From assembly GCA_965240325.2 (NCBI GenBank), contig OZ251222.1, positions 4,340,001 to 4,404,000 of the forward strand: a stretch of 64,000 bases of DNA, given 5' to 3'. The position numbers were made by a program, and so were the translations under genes. How positions within the stretch are numbered: the stretch's first letter is position 1; each line of letters starts with the position of its first letter. This DNA comes from Rebecca billardiae RCC1528. Its lineage: Eukaryota; Protista; Haptophyta. Below are positions 10,910-22,160 of the stretch, one piece after another. The notes beneath the pieces are model-generated. The model worked only from the letters and a program-made list of their open reading frames with translations. It was not told the origin of the DNA and did no database searches.

Positions 10910-11742
10910 CCGCGCCGCTGCGCGTGCGCGCGCGCGCGCTGCTCGCCGCCGCCCTGGCGGCGCAGGGGCGGCATGCGGAGGCGGAGGCGGCGGCCGAGCA
11001 GGCGTGCGCGGAGGGTGGCGGCGCGCTCGCCGAGCCGAGCGCTGCCGCGCGCGAGGCGGCGCGCACGCTCGCGCGCGTGCAGCACAGCGCGCGAGAGGCG
11101 GCCGCGCGGCGCGACGCCGCGGCGGAGTCGCTGCCGCGCGCAACAGCCGCGGCCGACGCGGCCGCGGCCGAGGCGGCGGGCGCGCGGCGCGCGGCGGCTC
11201 GGCTCGCGGCGGAGGTCGAGCTGTGCGCGCGCGAGCTCGGCGAGGCCGACGCACGCCGCGCCGCCGACGCCACCGCCGCCGCCGCCTCGGCCGCGCGGCT
11301 GCGCGCGCTGCTCGGTGGCGCTGTGCTGCGGCTGCCGCCCGCGCGGCCGCAGCCGCACGGCGCGGGTGGCGCGCCCGCCGGCGGTGGCGGCGGCGGCGTG
11401 GCGCTTGCGGGCGTGCACCTCCTCCGCGCGCTCGGGCTTGGTGCGGGCCCGGCGGACGCGCGCTCGGCGCTCGGCCCGGCGCAGCTGCGCGGGCTCGAGC
11501 GCGCGGTGCGCCGCGGCGCCTCCGCAGCGCGCGCGCACGCGTCCGTGAGCGCGCTGCGGCAGCAGCTGCACGCGCTGGCGTACGATGTACACAGGCACGC
11601 GCTGGGCGGCGCGCTGTGGCGGGACGAGCTGCTCACCACGTTCGCCCGCGCGACGGCGGCGACGCACGTCAAGCCGATGCGGCCGGCACTTGCTGCGGGA
11701 GGGGCGCCGGGCGTCGAGACGCGCGCGCAGTCGAGGTCGTAG
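6019..11742 (+). CDS. Kinesin motor protein with an Ala-rich coiled coil and C-terminal TPR (kinesin light chain-like) repeats
   Basis: VFVRVRP, P-loop AYGQTGSGKT, QVYNESVFDLL, switch I NRHSSRSH, switch II LVDLAGSER and [23 protein letters not shown]. Downstream are repeats of the type AQGRHAEAEALARRAL, HGAEHAETL and LGAEHARTL. Confidence 0.9.
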
Positions 11743-12431
11743 TGTCACAGCGGACGATGGATACGCGCTGCCACTCTGTCAACTGCAGTGCCGGCCAGCC
11801 GGCGCAGCCCCAGCCAGCGGCGCTGCACTCTGCAGCCCGGCTCATGGCTCTTCTAGAGTGCGTACTGACTGGCTAGCCAAGCTCTGCGCGGCTGAGGCAC
11901 GCATCGACCGCGAGCAGCATGACGGCCCGACTCTCCGCGCGGCGGACGGAGTGGCACGGCCACACGGCCCTGCTCAGTACTCGCTGCTCCCGCCACCTGT
12001 TCACATCCCGACGATTTGAGCCGCGCGACGTTCCGCCTAGCCGAGCGGAGACTCCTTGGCAAGCGACGGCCCGTCCGGCGGTCGGACCGCGGGCTGGTTG
12101 GCGCGGGTCCCAGCGCAGGACGCGAGTTCGTCCTGACCGCGTCGTCATGAGTGCGGACGCCAACGATGACGGCCGACACTGATGGTGGCGGCTCTCTGGG
12201 TCGGTGCCGTCAGACGGAGTCGCCGATGTTCGACGACTGTGCCGTGGGCTGTGGGTGTGGGACCTTTCACCGCGGAGTGGGCGTTGGGGGCGGCTCGGCT
12301 CGTCTTATGTCGTGCATGCGCGGCTGCTTTGGACCGCCATCGCTTTCCCCTTTTCCGGCGGACGTCTTTGTCGCGCACCTTCGCGCCCGGGCTGCATGCC
12401 TGCATTCAGTCATTCACGCTGCACCGCACAC

Positions 12432-13127
12432 ATGCTCGTGCCGCGACGCGCCGTGCTCCTGCTCGCGTCGTCTCTCCAGCCCGCGCGCCTGATGGTGCCC
12501 GCAGCCGCCGCCGCGCCGAGGAAGGTCGACCCGGAGTACCCGGGGACCGCCGTCGAGCGCATGTACGCCTGCCGCCAGCGCGTGGCCGAGCTCGCCGCCG
12601 GCGGCGGGTTTGATGGCGACTGGGGCTCCAAGGTGAGGAAGAATCTGCTCGCGGCCGCGGGGCTGCGCGACCTCCCCGACGCGCGGCCCGGGCAGGGGTA
12701 CACGGGGCACGCATTCAACGATTTCAACCACTGCGACGCGACCACGATGCTCATCGACGTCGCCGACTCGAACAACGAGGGCCGTGTACCCGGTATCGCG
12801 TTCAACAACCCGCTCGGCAACGGCATCCGCATCGCCTCGGTGCCCGAGCTCGGGGCCGGCGGCTCGTGGTCGACGTGCATCATCGGCAACAACGAGGAGC
12901 CGCCGCACGACGTCGCCCACGTGCAGTTCCAGTCGCGCATCGCGTTCAAGCTCGTCTGGCTGCCGCCGAGCTTCGAATCGTTTGCGCTGCTCGACGACGG
13001 CGGCAACGAGCTGGCGACCGGCCGACCCACCGGCCAGCTGCCCGCGCTGCGCGAGCGCCAGGCGAACTATCAGACCGTTCGTGGTGGGCGGTACGATCCG
13101 ATGCGCGGAAAGAGCCCCGCGGCGTAG
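12432..13127 (+). CDS. Hypothetical protein, probably a conserved algal family, with a putative N-terminal targeting peptide
   Basis: Strong coding-like composition and motif-rich sequence (DPEYPGTAVERM, GYTGHAFNDFNHCD, GGSWSTC, DVAHVQFQSRIAFKLVW). The start is placed at ATG 12432. Confidence 0.7.
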   Translation: MLVPRRAVLLLASSLQPARLMVPAAAAAPRKVDPEYPGTAVERMYACRQRVAELAAGGGFDGDWGSKVRKNLLAAAGLRDLPDARPGQGYTGHAFNDFNHCDATTMLIDVADSNNEGRVPGIAFNNPLGNGIRIASVPELGAGGSWSTCIIGNNEEPPHDVAHVQFQSRIAFKLVWLPPSFESFALLDDGGNELATGRPTGQLPALRERQANYQTVRGGRYDPMRGKSPAA

Positions 13128-13539
13128 AGGTCGACGGGCAGGCTTCGTCGGGCGAGGCCGACCGCCGCGGGCTGTGCTGCTGACTAGCGGAAGCGGTGTC
13201 CGCCTCGGCCTGTGCGGCGGGTCCTACTCGAGACTTTCGAGTGATCGACGCCGGGTCACAGACGTGACGAGACGGTGGGCCGTGCCCGTTACTATAATAT
13301 ATTTAATGATAATCGTCGTGACTGCCATCACTCATCAGGTGATCAGCATCACCACTCGTCGTCACACGTCGTACCCGTTATCTGTCTGTTACGCCGTCAT
13401 CCGGCTCAGCCGTCCGATCGCACTCGCTGTCTCACACGCAGCCGCACTGTCACCCCGAAGGCCACTCCCATGGAGCAGCACGCAGGCCATGCCAATGTCC
13501 CACGCCCCAAAGTCCGTCAGCACGCGGTGACGGCGCCCC

Positions 13540-15375
13540 TCAGCTCGCTGCCCGAATCTGCGCCACAGCCGCCACAGCCGCCGCCGCCGCCGCGCGCGTC
13601 GTGCGCTGCGCGCCCGCCTGCCCCTTGGTCCGCGCGCACGTCGTGGAGGCGGTCGCGCCCCGCGCCGGCCAGGCCGCGCCGCTGGCGTTGCCGCTCGCCG
13701 CGGAGATCGTCGCCCGCGGCGGCGCCGGCGTGCGCGGCCGCGGGTGCGACAGCCTGGGCGCGCGCAGCGGGGGCGGGTAGGCGAGCGGCACGAGCTGGTC
13801 CTGCTCCTTGCACCCCTCGAGCCGCAGCCCGAGCGTCTCGTCGTTGCCGCGGCCCCAGCCGAAGATGCGGCCGTCGGCGGAGACGGCGAGGCTGATGCCG
13901 TCGGCCGAGCCGCCGGCGGAGACGGAGACGATGCGCTCGCTGCGAAGCGCCTCGATCCGCCGCGGCACGTCCACGTCCTCGTCGGTGCCGTGGCCGAGCT
14001 TGCCCGAGTCGCCGCCGCCAAACGACCAGACGCCGCCGGCCGCGTCGACGCACAGCGAGTGCTCGACCGCCGCGGCGGCTGCGACGATGCGCACGGCGCG
14101 CAGACCGCTCACGCGCGTGGGCAGCTGCGCCGAGCGGTCCCCGCCGATGCCCAGCCGGCCGCAGCTCCCCTCCCCGCACGCGTACAGCTCGCCCGCCGCC
14201 GTCACAAACAGCGAGTGCTCCGCGCCCGCCGCGACGCCCACCACGTCCGCGGGCAGCGCGTCGACGCGCGTGGGCCGCAGCACGCCCGCGGAGGGCGCGG
14301 CGGGGAACGAGGCGGTGGCCTCGCCGAGGAGGTGCTCGGGGGCAAAGCCGAGCGCGGACGCGCCGCCGTCCTCCTCGTCCTCCTCGTCCTCCCCGCAGTC
14401 GCTGTCGCCGGAGCCGCTGCTCGCAGTGTCGCGCCGCACGCTCAGGCCGAGCGCGCCGCTGCTGCTCGCGCCGCAGGCGAACGCCTCGCCCGCGGCGGTG
14501 GCGAAGAGCGAGTGCGCGTGGCCCGCCGAGATCGCGCGCACGCGCACGCCGCGCATCGCCTCGATCCGCCGCGGCGCGTGCTCGTCGCCCGCGCGGCCGT
14601 GGCCGAGCCGGCCGTCGTCGCCGCGCCCCCACGCAAACGCGGCGCCGCACTCGGCGAGGGCGAGCGAGTGCTGCAGCCCCGCCGAGACGGCGACGACGCG
14701 CATGCGCGAGAGGCCGAGGACGGGGCGCGGCAGCCCGAGCGCGGCGTCCACGCGGCCCAGCGCCGGGTCGCCCCGCGCGCCGAACGCGTACAGCCGGCCG
14801 CTCTCGCTCACGGCGAGCGTGCGCGTGAAGTGCGCGGCGACGCAGTGCCAGCGCACGCCGGCCGCCGCGCGCACCTCGAGCGGCGCCGGCGCGACGCGCG
14901 CCTCGGCGCCGTGGCCGAGGAGCCCGGGCGTCGATTCGCCGTCCTCCTCGCGCTCTTCCGTGCCGCACGTGAGCAGCCGCCCCTCCGCGTCCACGAACGC
15001 GCAGTGGAAGTTCGCGGCGGCGACCACGCTCGGCACGCCAGCACGCCGGCGCCGCTCGTCCCAGCAGAGCTTCTGCGTCCACGAGCACTCGCCGAACGGC
15101 AGGCTGGGGGGTACTTCGATGTTGCGCTCGGCTGCGCGCAGCCGGAGCGCCTGCTCCACCACCGACTGGTACTCGCCGCCCGCGGTGTGCGCGGGCGCGT
15201 GGAAGAGCCGCGCCGTGCAGTCGACGAGCGCGAGGTCCTCGGGCTCGGGGAGGTGCGCGACGACGGCGACGAGGAGCTCCGTGGGCAGTGACGCGAGCGT
15301 GAGCGCGCCATCCGCTGGCCCGGCTGCCTCCACGGCGGGCCGCTTATGCCTCGCGTGCTGCCTGGACGACCGCAT
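13540..15375 (-). CDS. F-box-like / RCC1-repeat protein
   Basis: F-box-like LASLPTELLVAVVAHL..EDLALV followed by several RCC1 repeats (VAVSAGLQHSLAL...FAWGRGDDGRLGHG; ISAGHAHSLF; VAAGAEHSLFVT..GELYACGEGSCGRLG). The start codon is uncertain. Confidence 0.85.
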   Translation of the reverse strand: MRSSRQHARHKRPAVEAAGPADGALTLASLPTELLVAVVAHLPEPEDLALVDCTARLFHAPAHTAGGEYQSVVEQALRLRAAERNIEVPPSLPFGECSWTQKLCWDERRRRAGVPSVVAAANFHCAFVDAEGRLLTCGTEEREEDGESTPGLLGHGAEARVAPAPLEVRAAAGVRWHCVAAHFTRTLAVSESGRLYAFGARGDPALGRVDAALGLPRPVLGLSRMRVVAVSAGLQHSLALAECGAAFAWGRGDDGRLGHGRAGDEHAPRRIEAMRGVRVRAISAGHAHSLFATAAGEAFACGASSSGALGLSVRRDTASSGSGDSDCGEDEEDEEDGGASALGFAPEHLLGEATASFPAAPSAGVLRPTRVDALPADVVGVAAGAEHSLFVTAAGELYACGEGSCGRLGIGGDRSAQLPTRVSGLRAVRIVAAAAAVEHSLCVDAAGGVWSFGGGDSGKLGHGTDEDVDVPRRIEALRSERIVSVSAGGSADGISLAVSADGRIFGWGRGNDETLGLRLEGCKEQDQLVPLAYPPPLRAPRLSHPRPRTPAPPRATISAASGNASGAAWPARGATASTTCARTKGQAGAQRTTRAAAAAAVAAVAQIRAAS

Positions 15376-15904
15376 CCGTTCGACGCGCGTCGCGAAGGGT
15401 TCGCCGCTGAAGGCAGATTCCCTCGGCACGGCCGCGCGCGTTGTGTGGCTTGCGTGAGGGCGAATCACCGCGGCGAGGTCCTTCGACTGAACCAGCATGC
15501 GTATCAGTGGTTCGTCTTTGTGAGACCGAACTGGGCGCGCCACGATGCCAGTCAAGCGCCAGTCAAAAAGCGCTGCAGTGGTTAGATAGAAGCGTGGAGT
15601 AGGAATCTCGGACGCGATTCCCGCCACGAGCTCGATACTTTATGACCAAATAGCAGCACCGAGCGCCACCAGAATGCGATCTTGCGAGCTCTTCCCGCCA
15701 ATGCCTTCATCAAACTTGCATGCTCTGAATTGATGACCTCACTTGACCTTCCGATCCGTTCAGTCTTGGTTCAGTCAAGTCTGGTGCTCCAGACCTTCGG
15801 CCGGCTTCGCCGAGCCAAGGGCCGCCGAGCGGCAAACGTGTTGAGTGCCGAACCGGAAGGACTGCCCGTTCGTCTCGGCTTCGAGCAGATTCGCGCCCAC
15901 CATC

Positions 15905-16972
15905 ATGCGGCCGCACCGGCGGCTAGTACTCGCGCTGCTCGCGTCGTCGGGCATCGCCCCGAGCCCGCGCACGCTCGGCGTTGGCTGCACGGCGGCCAGA
16001 GCACCTCCCAGCCGCCGCGCCGCGCCCCCTCCGCCGGAGGTCCGCGTCCGCTTCAGGCAGCGCGAGGTGCTCGTGCGCGAGGGCGAGACGCTGCGCTCGG
16101 CGCTGCTGCGGCGAGGGCTGACGCCACACAACGGGCGCGCGCAGCAGATCAACTGCCGCGGTCTCGGGACGTGTGGGACGTGTGCTGTGGAGATTGTGCC
16201 CACGGACGACGCGCCGAACGCCGCCGTCCTCCCCAGCACGCGCACGCGCGTGGAGGACGCGCGGCTCTCGCTGCCGCCGCACGCGCCTCCGCTCGCGCCG
16301 CGCCTACGCCTGGCATGCCAGTGCCGCGTCGTCGCTCGGGCGGACGGCGACGCCACCGGCGCGCGCACTGGCGCCGGTGGCGCCGCCTCCGCCCCCGCTG
16401 CCGACGGCGCGCCCACCCCGCCCCGCGAGCTGCCCGTGCTGCACGTGCGCAAGCACAGCGGCTTCTGGGGGCAGCACGAGGGCGAGGTGCGCGAGCCGAC
16501 GGGCAAGCGGGAGCCGGTGGCGCTGCCCTTCGGCGGGCTCGAGTTTGTGCTCGATGCGCATGCGGATGCCGCGCCGGGCGGCGCGCCTCCGGCGGCCGAC
16601 GCCGGCGAGGCGGCGCGCCCACGCGCAGACGTGGCGGCCGAGGGCGCGCCTGCGCCCGCCCACCCGGGCGCAGACGGCCAAGCGCTGCAGCGGCTCGAGC
16701 AGATGCGGCAGACGGTGGGCGTGTGCGCGTGCTGCCTCGGATCCGAGGTCGTCCCCTGCCCTGCGTGCGACGGGCGGGGCGAGTACGACACCGACCCGTA
16801 CGTGATCCCCGACCTGCCGCCGCTGCAGGACGGCTCGCGCGTACACGCCGTCTCCACCGTCACGTGCAGCAGCTGCCACGGCGCCGGGCAGGTGGTGTGC
16901 CGCGCGTGCTTCGAGGGCGACGGCTGGGACGTTGAGGCCGTGCGCGCGAGGATGCGCCGAAAGCCCGACTGA
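15905..16972 (+). CDS. 2Fe-2S ferredoxin domain fused to a DnaJ-type CxxCxGxG zinc finger, with a putative targeting peptide
   Basis: INCRGLGTCGTCAV...RLACQC and VRKHSGFWGQ, then C-terminal CACCLGS, CPACDGRG, CSSCHGAG and CRAC. The N-terminus is hydrophobic. Confidence 0.8.
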   Translation: MRPHRRLVLALLASSGIAPSPRTLGVGCTAARAPPSRRAAPPPPEVRVRFRQREVLVREGETLRSALLRRGLTPHNGRAQQINCRGLGTCGTCAVEIVPTDDAPNAAVLPSTRTRVEDARLSLPPHAPPLAPRLRLACQCRVVARADGDATGARTGAGGAASAPAADGAPTPPRELPVLHVRKHSGFWGQHEGEVREPTGKREPVALPFGGLEFVLDAHADAAPGGAPPAADAGEAARPRADVAAEGAPAPAHPGADGQALQRLEQMRQTVGVCACCLGSEVVPCPACDGRGEYDTDPYVIPDLPPLQDGSRVHAVSTVTCSSCHGAGQVVCRACFEGDGWDVEAVRARMRRKPD

Positions 16973-17072
16973 TGCGGCGGGCCATTCGCGCCCCATGATT
17001 CCATGAGTACGCTGCCGGTGACCAGTCGGTATACGGCCGCACAGTTCGTCCGCATTAATTAATATTTATTAT

Positions 17073-18215
17073 GGCGGTCGATCCACCACCATCAGGGTGA
17101 GTGGCTCGAGAAACTACGAGATCGCGGCGAGCGCGCTCGGGATCCCCAGCCCGGTCTGCGCGCCGCTGGCCCAGGCCGGGGCGTACGTGCCCACGCGCTC
17201 GGGTCCCGGCATCCGGGTGGACGCGTACGGCGACGCGCTCCTCAGCACGTCAGGCCGCAACGCGCTCCCCGGCGACCACGTCGCACGCTACCGGCACGAC
17301 CCGGTGATCCGCGTGCTGGCGGGGTTCTTCCGCACGTACGCCGGTGTGTACGCCGTGCCGGAGGACACCTGGATCTTCGGCTCGGTGCACGCCCAGTCCA
17401 CCGCCCAGGCGCAGGCGGTGCTCGGCACGGACCGCAAGTGCGTGCCGGTGGTGGACCTGAGTGCCGAGGTGCACGGCAACTGTACCCTGTTCGAGGTCAA
17501 GACCATCTCGCTGAGCCCGTCGCGCTACAGGGTGAGCGACGGCCGCAACGGTGCGGTGCGCCACCGCGCGGAACTCGTCCCGCGCGAGCGGCGCAAGCAG
17601 CTGCAGCTCCTCGACCGCGAGGTCTACGGCACGCTTGAGGGCCAGGTGGGCCCATACGAGGCGCGGCTCTACACCTTCCCCGCGATCGTCCCGATTGTTG
17701 TGGGGGCGTTCGGCGAGTGGAGCGCGGAGGTGGACCTCACCCTCAAGAAGATCGCCAAGATGGGGCGGGACACGTGGCGCGCGCGCCTCAGCGCGCCCTC
17801 GTGCCCCGCCGCCGAGCGCGCGCTGCTCGGCACCATGCGGCGCGAGCTGGGCATGCGCTGCCTGCGTGGCCAGGCCAAGATGCTCATCGCCCGCGCGCGC
17901 ATGGCGCACGTGCGCCCGGGGGCACGCGCCCGCGGGGGCGCTGCAACCGACGACTACTTCGAGACGACGGCTGACGACGCGTGGCACCGCGACCACCGCG
18001 GTGGCGCGCGCGCGTCGACGCCAGACGGTGCGTCGAGCTTCCGCTCGGCGATGGAGTGATGGGTGACTACGAGGGGGTGGGGACGACGGCGAGGAGCGCT
18101 GATCCTGGTGTTTGTCTCTGCTGCTCGATCTGCTGCTACAGCTTGCTGACTTTGATAACGCCTGCCCGTTGGCCGTTGCATACCACGTCGTTAATATATA
18201 TAAATAATAAAAACT
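17073..18215 (+). mobile_element. 5'-truncated non-LTR retrotransposon (restriction-like endonuclease C-terminus, CRE/R2-like)
   Basis: ORF 17097-18059 has no N-terminal ATG and shows VDAYGD..., GDH..YRHD, VVDL...LFEVKTI, and PIVVGAFGEWS plus a terminal helix (RRELG...RGQA). This is typical of RLE-clade LINE C-termini. An A/T-rich tail follows. Boundaries are approximate. Confidence 0.65.
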
Positions 18216-19522
18216 GTGTAACATAAATATTATATATATATAATATTACTACTACTAATATTCACTACGTAGCACTTGATGGCGCAGAACCTCGTCGGCG
18301 ACTGCCTGTCCTCGCCCTCGGTGCCAGGCGCCGTTGCGCCGCGCGCGCCGAGTCGGCGGTCGCGGACCCGGAGGCCGGAGTCGTCGTCAGTCGTCTCACT
18401 GGCGCAACTCATCCGCCCGATCAGAAGATGAAGCAGGCTACGATCATACATGCTATGATCATCTGGAGTAGTGGTGCGAATGAGGCTAAGGCTGTCGTGA
18501 TGGTCTGTCCGCCGGGGCTCCGCCGCATCACTGCCAGGGTCAGGACCGTAGTGCCTTCCGATGATCACTCAGTGATAGCACTGGCTGCATCCGGGCCTGA
18601 CAGTGACCGGCTGTCCACCCCGTCCGCGGCCGGGGCTCGACATGAGTTCCGAGCACGGCGGTTCAGTCCGACGGCCGGACGCGCACTCTCAGTACTCACA
18701 GTCATCTGCTGAACGTAGATGTACACAGTCTACACGCGGCCTGCTGACCGCGTCAGAAAAGCACTCATCAGTACTATTTAAGCTGCGCGCGGCCTGATTG
18801 TAGTTGTACCTGGACTGTCCGCGGAAGCTTGCCGCCTACGCCATGAGTGTTACCACGGCGGATGCCGCGGGCGGCCCAAGTCGCAGTAGTCACCGGCTTG
18901 ACGGGCCGCTGACGAGCGGCGCCAGCTACGTGCGGTCGTATGGGTGGCCTTCCGGTCCGCCCGTTCAGTCCGCAACGGTTCGCGGGAAAGAACCCGAGCC
19001 ACTGCGGAGTACGCGGCCGGCGCCGGCTGCTGTCGTGACTTCAGACTTGTCCGAGCAGTCCGGCCGGGCAGAGTACATGTCACGCTGAAGCGCGGGACAT
19101 GGATGCACGCTTCCGGCCGCACCCGAGGCTGAGGAGTGTGGGCGTGTACTGGATCATGATTCCGTTACTTCCGGGTACACCCCCATATTAATATCAGGGG
19201 CGGATTGACGAACGATTCATCAATTCCCTTTCACAGTCATGACGAGATATGATCATCTTGTACGCTTAATATTGGCCATTGGGGGGGCATACAGTAACTC
19301 CCAACCCGTCTCCAGTACTGCGTGGTTCGCTCTTACCCGCCTCCAGTGTGGTTCACCGATGGCTGTTTCAGCCCGGGCTTGTGTGGCGGCGCTCGCGGCC
19401 GGTTCTCATTACTTGCAGCCTCAGGGTGGGCTGTGCACGGGTGCGGCTGCACTGCTGAGGACGCCGGCTCTCGCCTGGTCTCGCTTGGAGGCGCGTGCGG
19501 TCACGCGCAGCGCTTGACAGCA

Positions 19523-22160
19523 ATGGGCTGTGGTGCATCCACTGCGAAGGTCGCCACCGAGGAGGAGGATGCGCTCGAGATGACGCGTCCGCGCGCGGAC
19601 GGCGTCGTCCCGGCGGATGGCCGGACATGGAAGAACACGGGCAAGATGACGCCTGCCCGGGCGCTGACCGTGCTCGAGAACCGGTGGCCGAACATGGTGC
19701 TCAGATTCCCGCCGCTCGATCCGAACGAGCCGCCAGCGTACAAGGGTGACGACTGGGGCGATGACGTCACCTACGACTGTGCGCGCGCCGCCGCTGCACC
19801 CTTGGCTGAGCCCGCGCGCCGCCGCCGCTGCTGCGCGCCGCAGCCGCGCTCATCGCCGCGCGCGCGGCTTTCACGGACGCACAGGGGACTTTTATCACAA
19901 CGTGTGGACGTTCTACCCGTTCTCGTGGAGCGAGCCCGACCTGCTCCAGCTCCTCGCCCGCTTTGTGGCCGAGGCTGGGTTTGTGAGTGAGTTCAGTGTG
20001 CCCGAGGTCTGCGCACCAGTGCGCACCACATGGCGGCCGCGCCGCCATCTGCGCGGCGGGGAGCGGGGGGCGGGGGCGGGGAGGACGAGGCATGGGCGCG
20101 CGCGCGTGCGAGGCCCTCCCGCGTCCAGCGCCGCCGCTTCACGGCTCGGCGCGGCCGGGGCACAGCGACGCCGTTGGCTGACGCCGGCGCGCGCCGCGCC
20201 GCCCGCCCGCCGCTGCGATGCGGGCGCAGGACAAGCTCAGCGCCTTCCTCACGAAGGTGCACGCGCAGATGCACGCGCAGCCGTACCACAACTTCCAGCA
20301 CATCGTCGACGTGACGCAGTCGGTGTACATGTGCGTCGCGACGCCGACGGCCAGGGCGTTCCTCCCCGCCACGCACCGCTTTGCCGTGCTGCTCGCCGCC
20401 ATCTGCCACGATCTCGACCACCCCGGGTGCGCGCGCGGCGCGGCGCGGCGCGGCGCGGCGCGGCGGGGCGGAGCGCGAGCGCGCGCGGGCCGCGCGCCGC
20501 CGCCGCCTCGCCCCGCGCCCCGCCGCTCACCCCGCCCGCCACCGCCACCGCGCATGCCGCGCGCCGCGCGCGCGCGCCTCCGCCCCGCCGCCCCGCCGCC
20601 CCGCAGCTACACCAACCTCTACCTCAAAAACGAGGAGTCGGAGCTCACGAAGAAGTACGGGCCCGACGGCACGCTGGAGAAGGTGCGCGGGCGTCGCGCG
20701 GCGTGCGCGGCGTGCGCGGCGCCCGCGCGCGCGCCGGCTGGCCGCGTGGCCGCCGCTGCCCGCCCCGCCGTGCCGCCCCGGCGGCGCGCTGCGCGCGGCT
20801 CACGCGCCGCGCCGTGCGCGCGTCCGCGCCCGCAGCACCACGCCTCGCTCGCGTCCGTGCTGCTCACCGAGGAGGAGACGGACATCCTGGTGAACTGCTC
20901 GCCCGAGGCGCAGCGGGAGGTGTGCCGGCTAGTCGACAAGTGCATCCTCGCCACAGACATGTCAAGGCACAAGGTGCGCGGCACGGCTGCGCGGCGCGCG
21001 CGCGCACACGCGGCTGCGCGCGCGGTGCGCGCGGCGCGCGCCCCCGCGCGCGCGCGCTCACACGCGCACGCGCACTCCGCCCCCCCTTGCGCGCGCTCCC
21101 ACCCGCAGGCCATCGTGGACGACGTGACCGCGCTGATGCCGCAGAACTACGAGGAGATTGTGAAGACGCAGTCGGTCGTGAGGCGCGACAGCGTCAAGGA
21201 CCTGGGCAGCGCCAAGAAGGTGCGGCCGCGCGCACGCGCACGCGCACGCGCACGCGCACGCGCACGCGCACGCGCACGCGCACGCGCACGCGCACGCGCA
21301 CGCGCCGCGCACGCGCACGCGCACACGCACGGAAGGAAGAGGCGGCAGCCGCGCGGCTCACGCGCGCCGCGCCACGCGCCGCCCCCCGCGCGCGCACCTC
21401 CCCCCCGCGCAGAAGCCGGGCGACCTCTCGCTCCCGGCCTCGCCCGCCAAGGGCCAGGGGCGCAACATGATGTTCCAGCGCCGCCGCTCGTCGATCGACC
21501 GGATGATCCGCACGGGGCAGGTGGAGGCGGTGCTGCTGCTGATCATCAAGGCGGCGGACCTGTCCAACGTGACGCGCGGCGCGCACGCCAACGAGGTGCG
21601 CGCGGCGCGGCGCGCGACGGCTGCGCGCGCGCGTCGAGCGCTGAGCGCGCAGCCCCGCCGCTGCGCCCGGCCCCGCCGCCGCCGCTGCGCGCGCGCGCGC
21701 TCGCTCGCGCCCGCCGGTGCGCAGCGCTGGGTGAGCAAGATCTACAAAGAGTTCCACCGGCAGGGGCGCGCGGAGCTCGAGAAGCAATACCCGCTCTCGC
21801 CCGGCATGGGGCCCAACGACTCGGTCTCCAAGGGGCAGATCTTCTTCGGCGGCGTGATCTGCAGGCCCCTGTTTGTCATGTTGGCATCTTGCCTGCCAGA
21901 GGCCGGTGCGCAACAGCGCGCGCCGCGCGCGTGCGCCGCGCGTGTGCGCCCGGGCGGCGGCTGAGGCGCCGGCGTGCGATGGCGCGACCCGGGGCTCACT
22001 GGCGGCCCTTGGCGCACGCGCGCGCGCCGCGCGCGTGGCCGCAGGCGTCTTTCTCGACCAGCTCGACGAGAATCTCGAGCGCTGGAAAAAGGTGGCGGCG
22101 GCGGAGGACGCGGCCAAAGCGGCAGCGGAGGGCGGCGGCGCCGAGGTGGGCAAAGCGTGA
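19523..22160 (+). CDS. Class I 3',5'-cyclic nucleotide phosphodiesterase (multi-exon), N-myristoylation/palmitoylation motif MGCGAS
   Basis: Exon pieces give PYHNFQHIVDV, AAICHDLDHPG, YTNLYL, LEK/HHAS, ILATDMSRH, IIKAADLSNV, WVSKIYKEFHRQG and KGQIFF. They are separated by GT..AG introns (e.g. 21220-21412). Confidence 0.9.
21231..21302. repeat. (CGCACG)n microsatellite, about 12 units, inside a PDE intron
   Basis: Directly visible tandem hexamer. Confidence 0.9.

Noticed and set aside
5472-11876. Very long antisense and alternate-frame ORFs over the kinesin gene (and similar ones over the HAT, RCC1 and SET genes)
   Set aside because: These are shadow ORFs caused by extreme GC content. They are Arg/Ala/Pro low-complexity sequences with no motifs.
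18270-19300. Short ORFs downstream of the LINE fragment
   Set aside because: No motifs or consistent frame; treated as intergenic or decayed repeat.
21058-21330. Cys/Ala-repeat ORFs
   Set aside because: These are translations of the intronic (CGCACG)n microsatellite.
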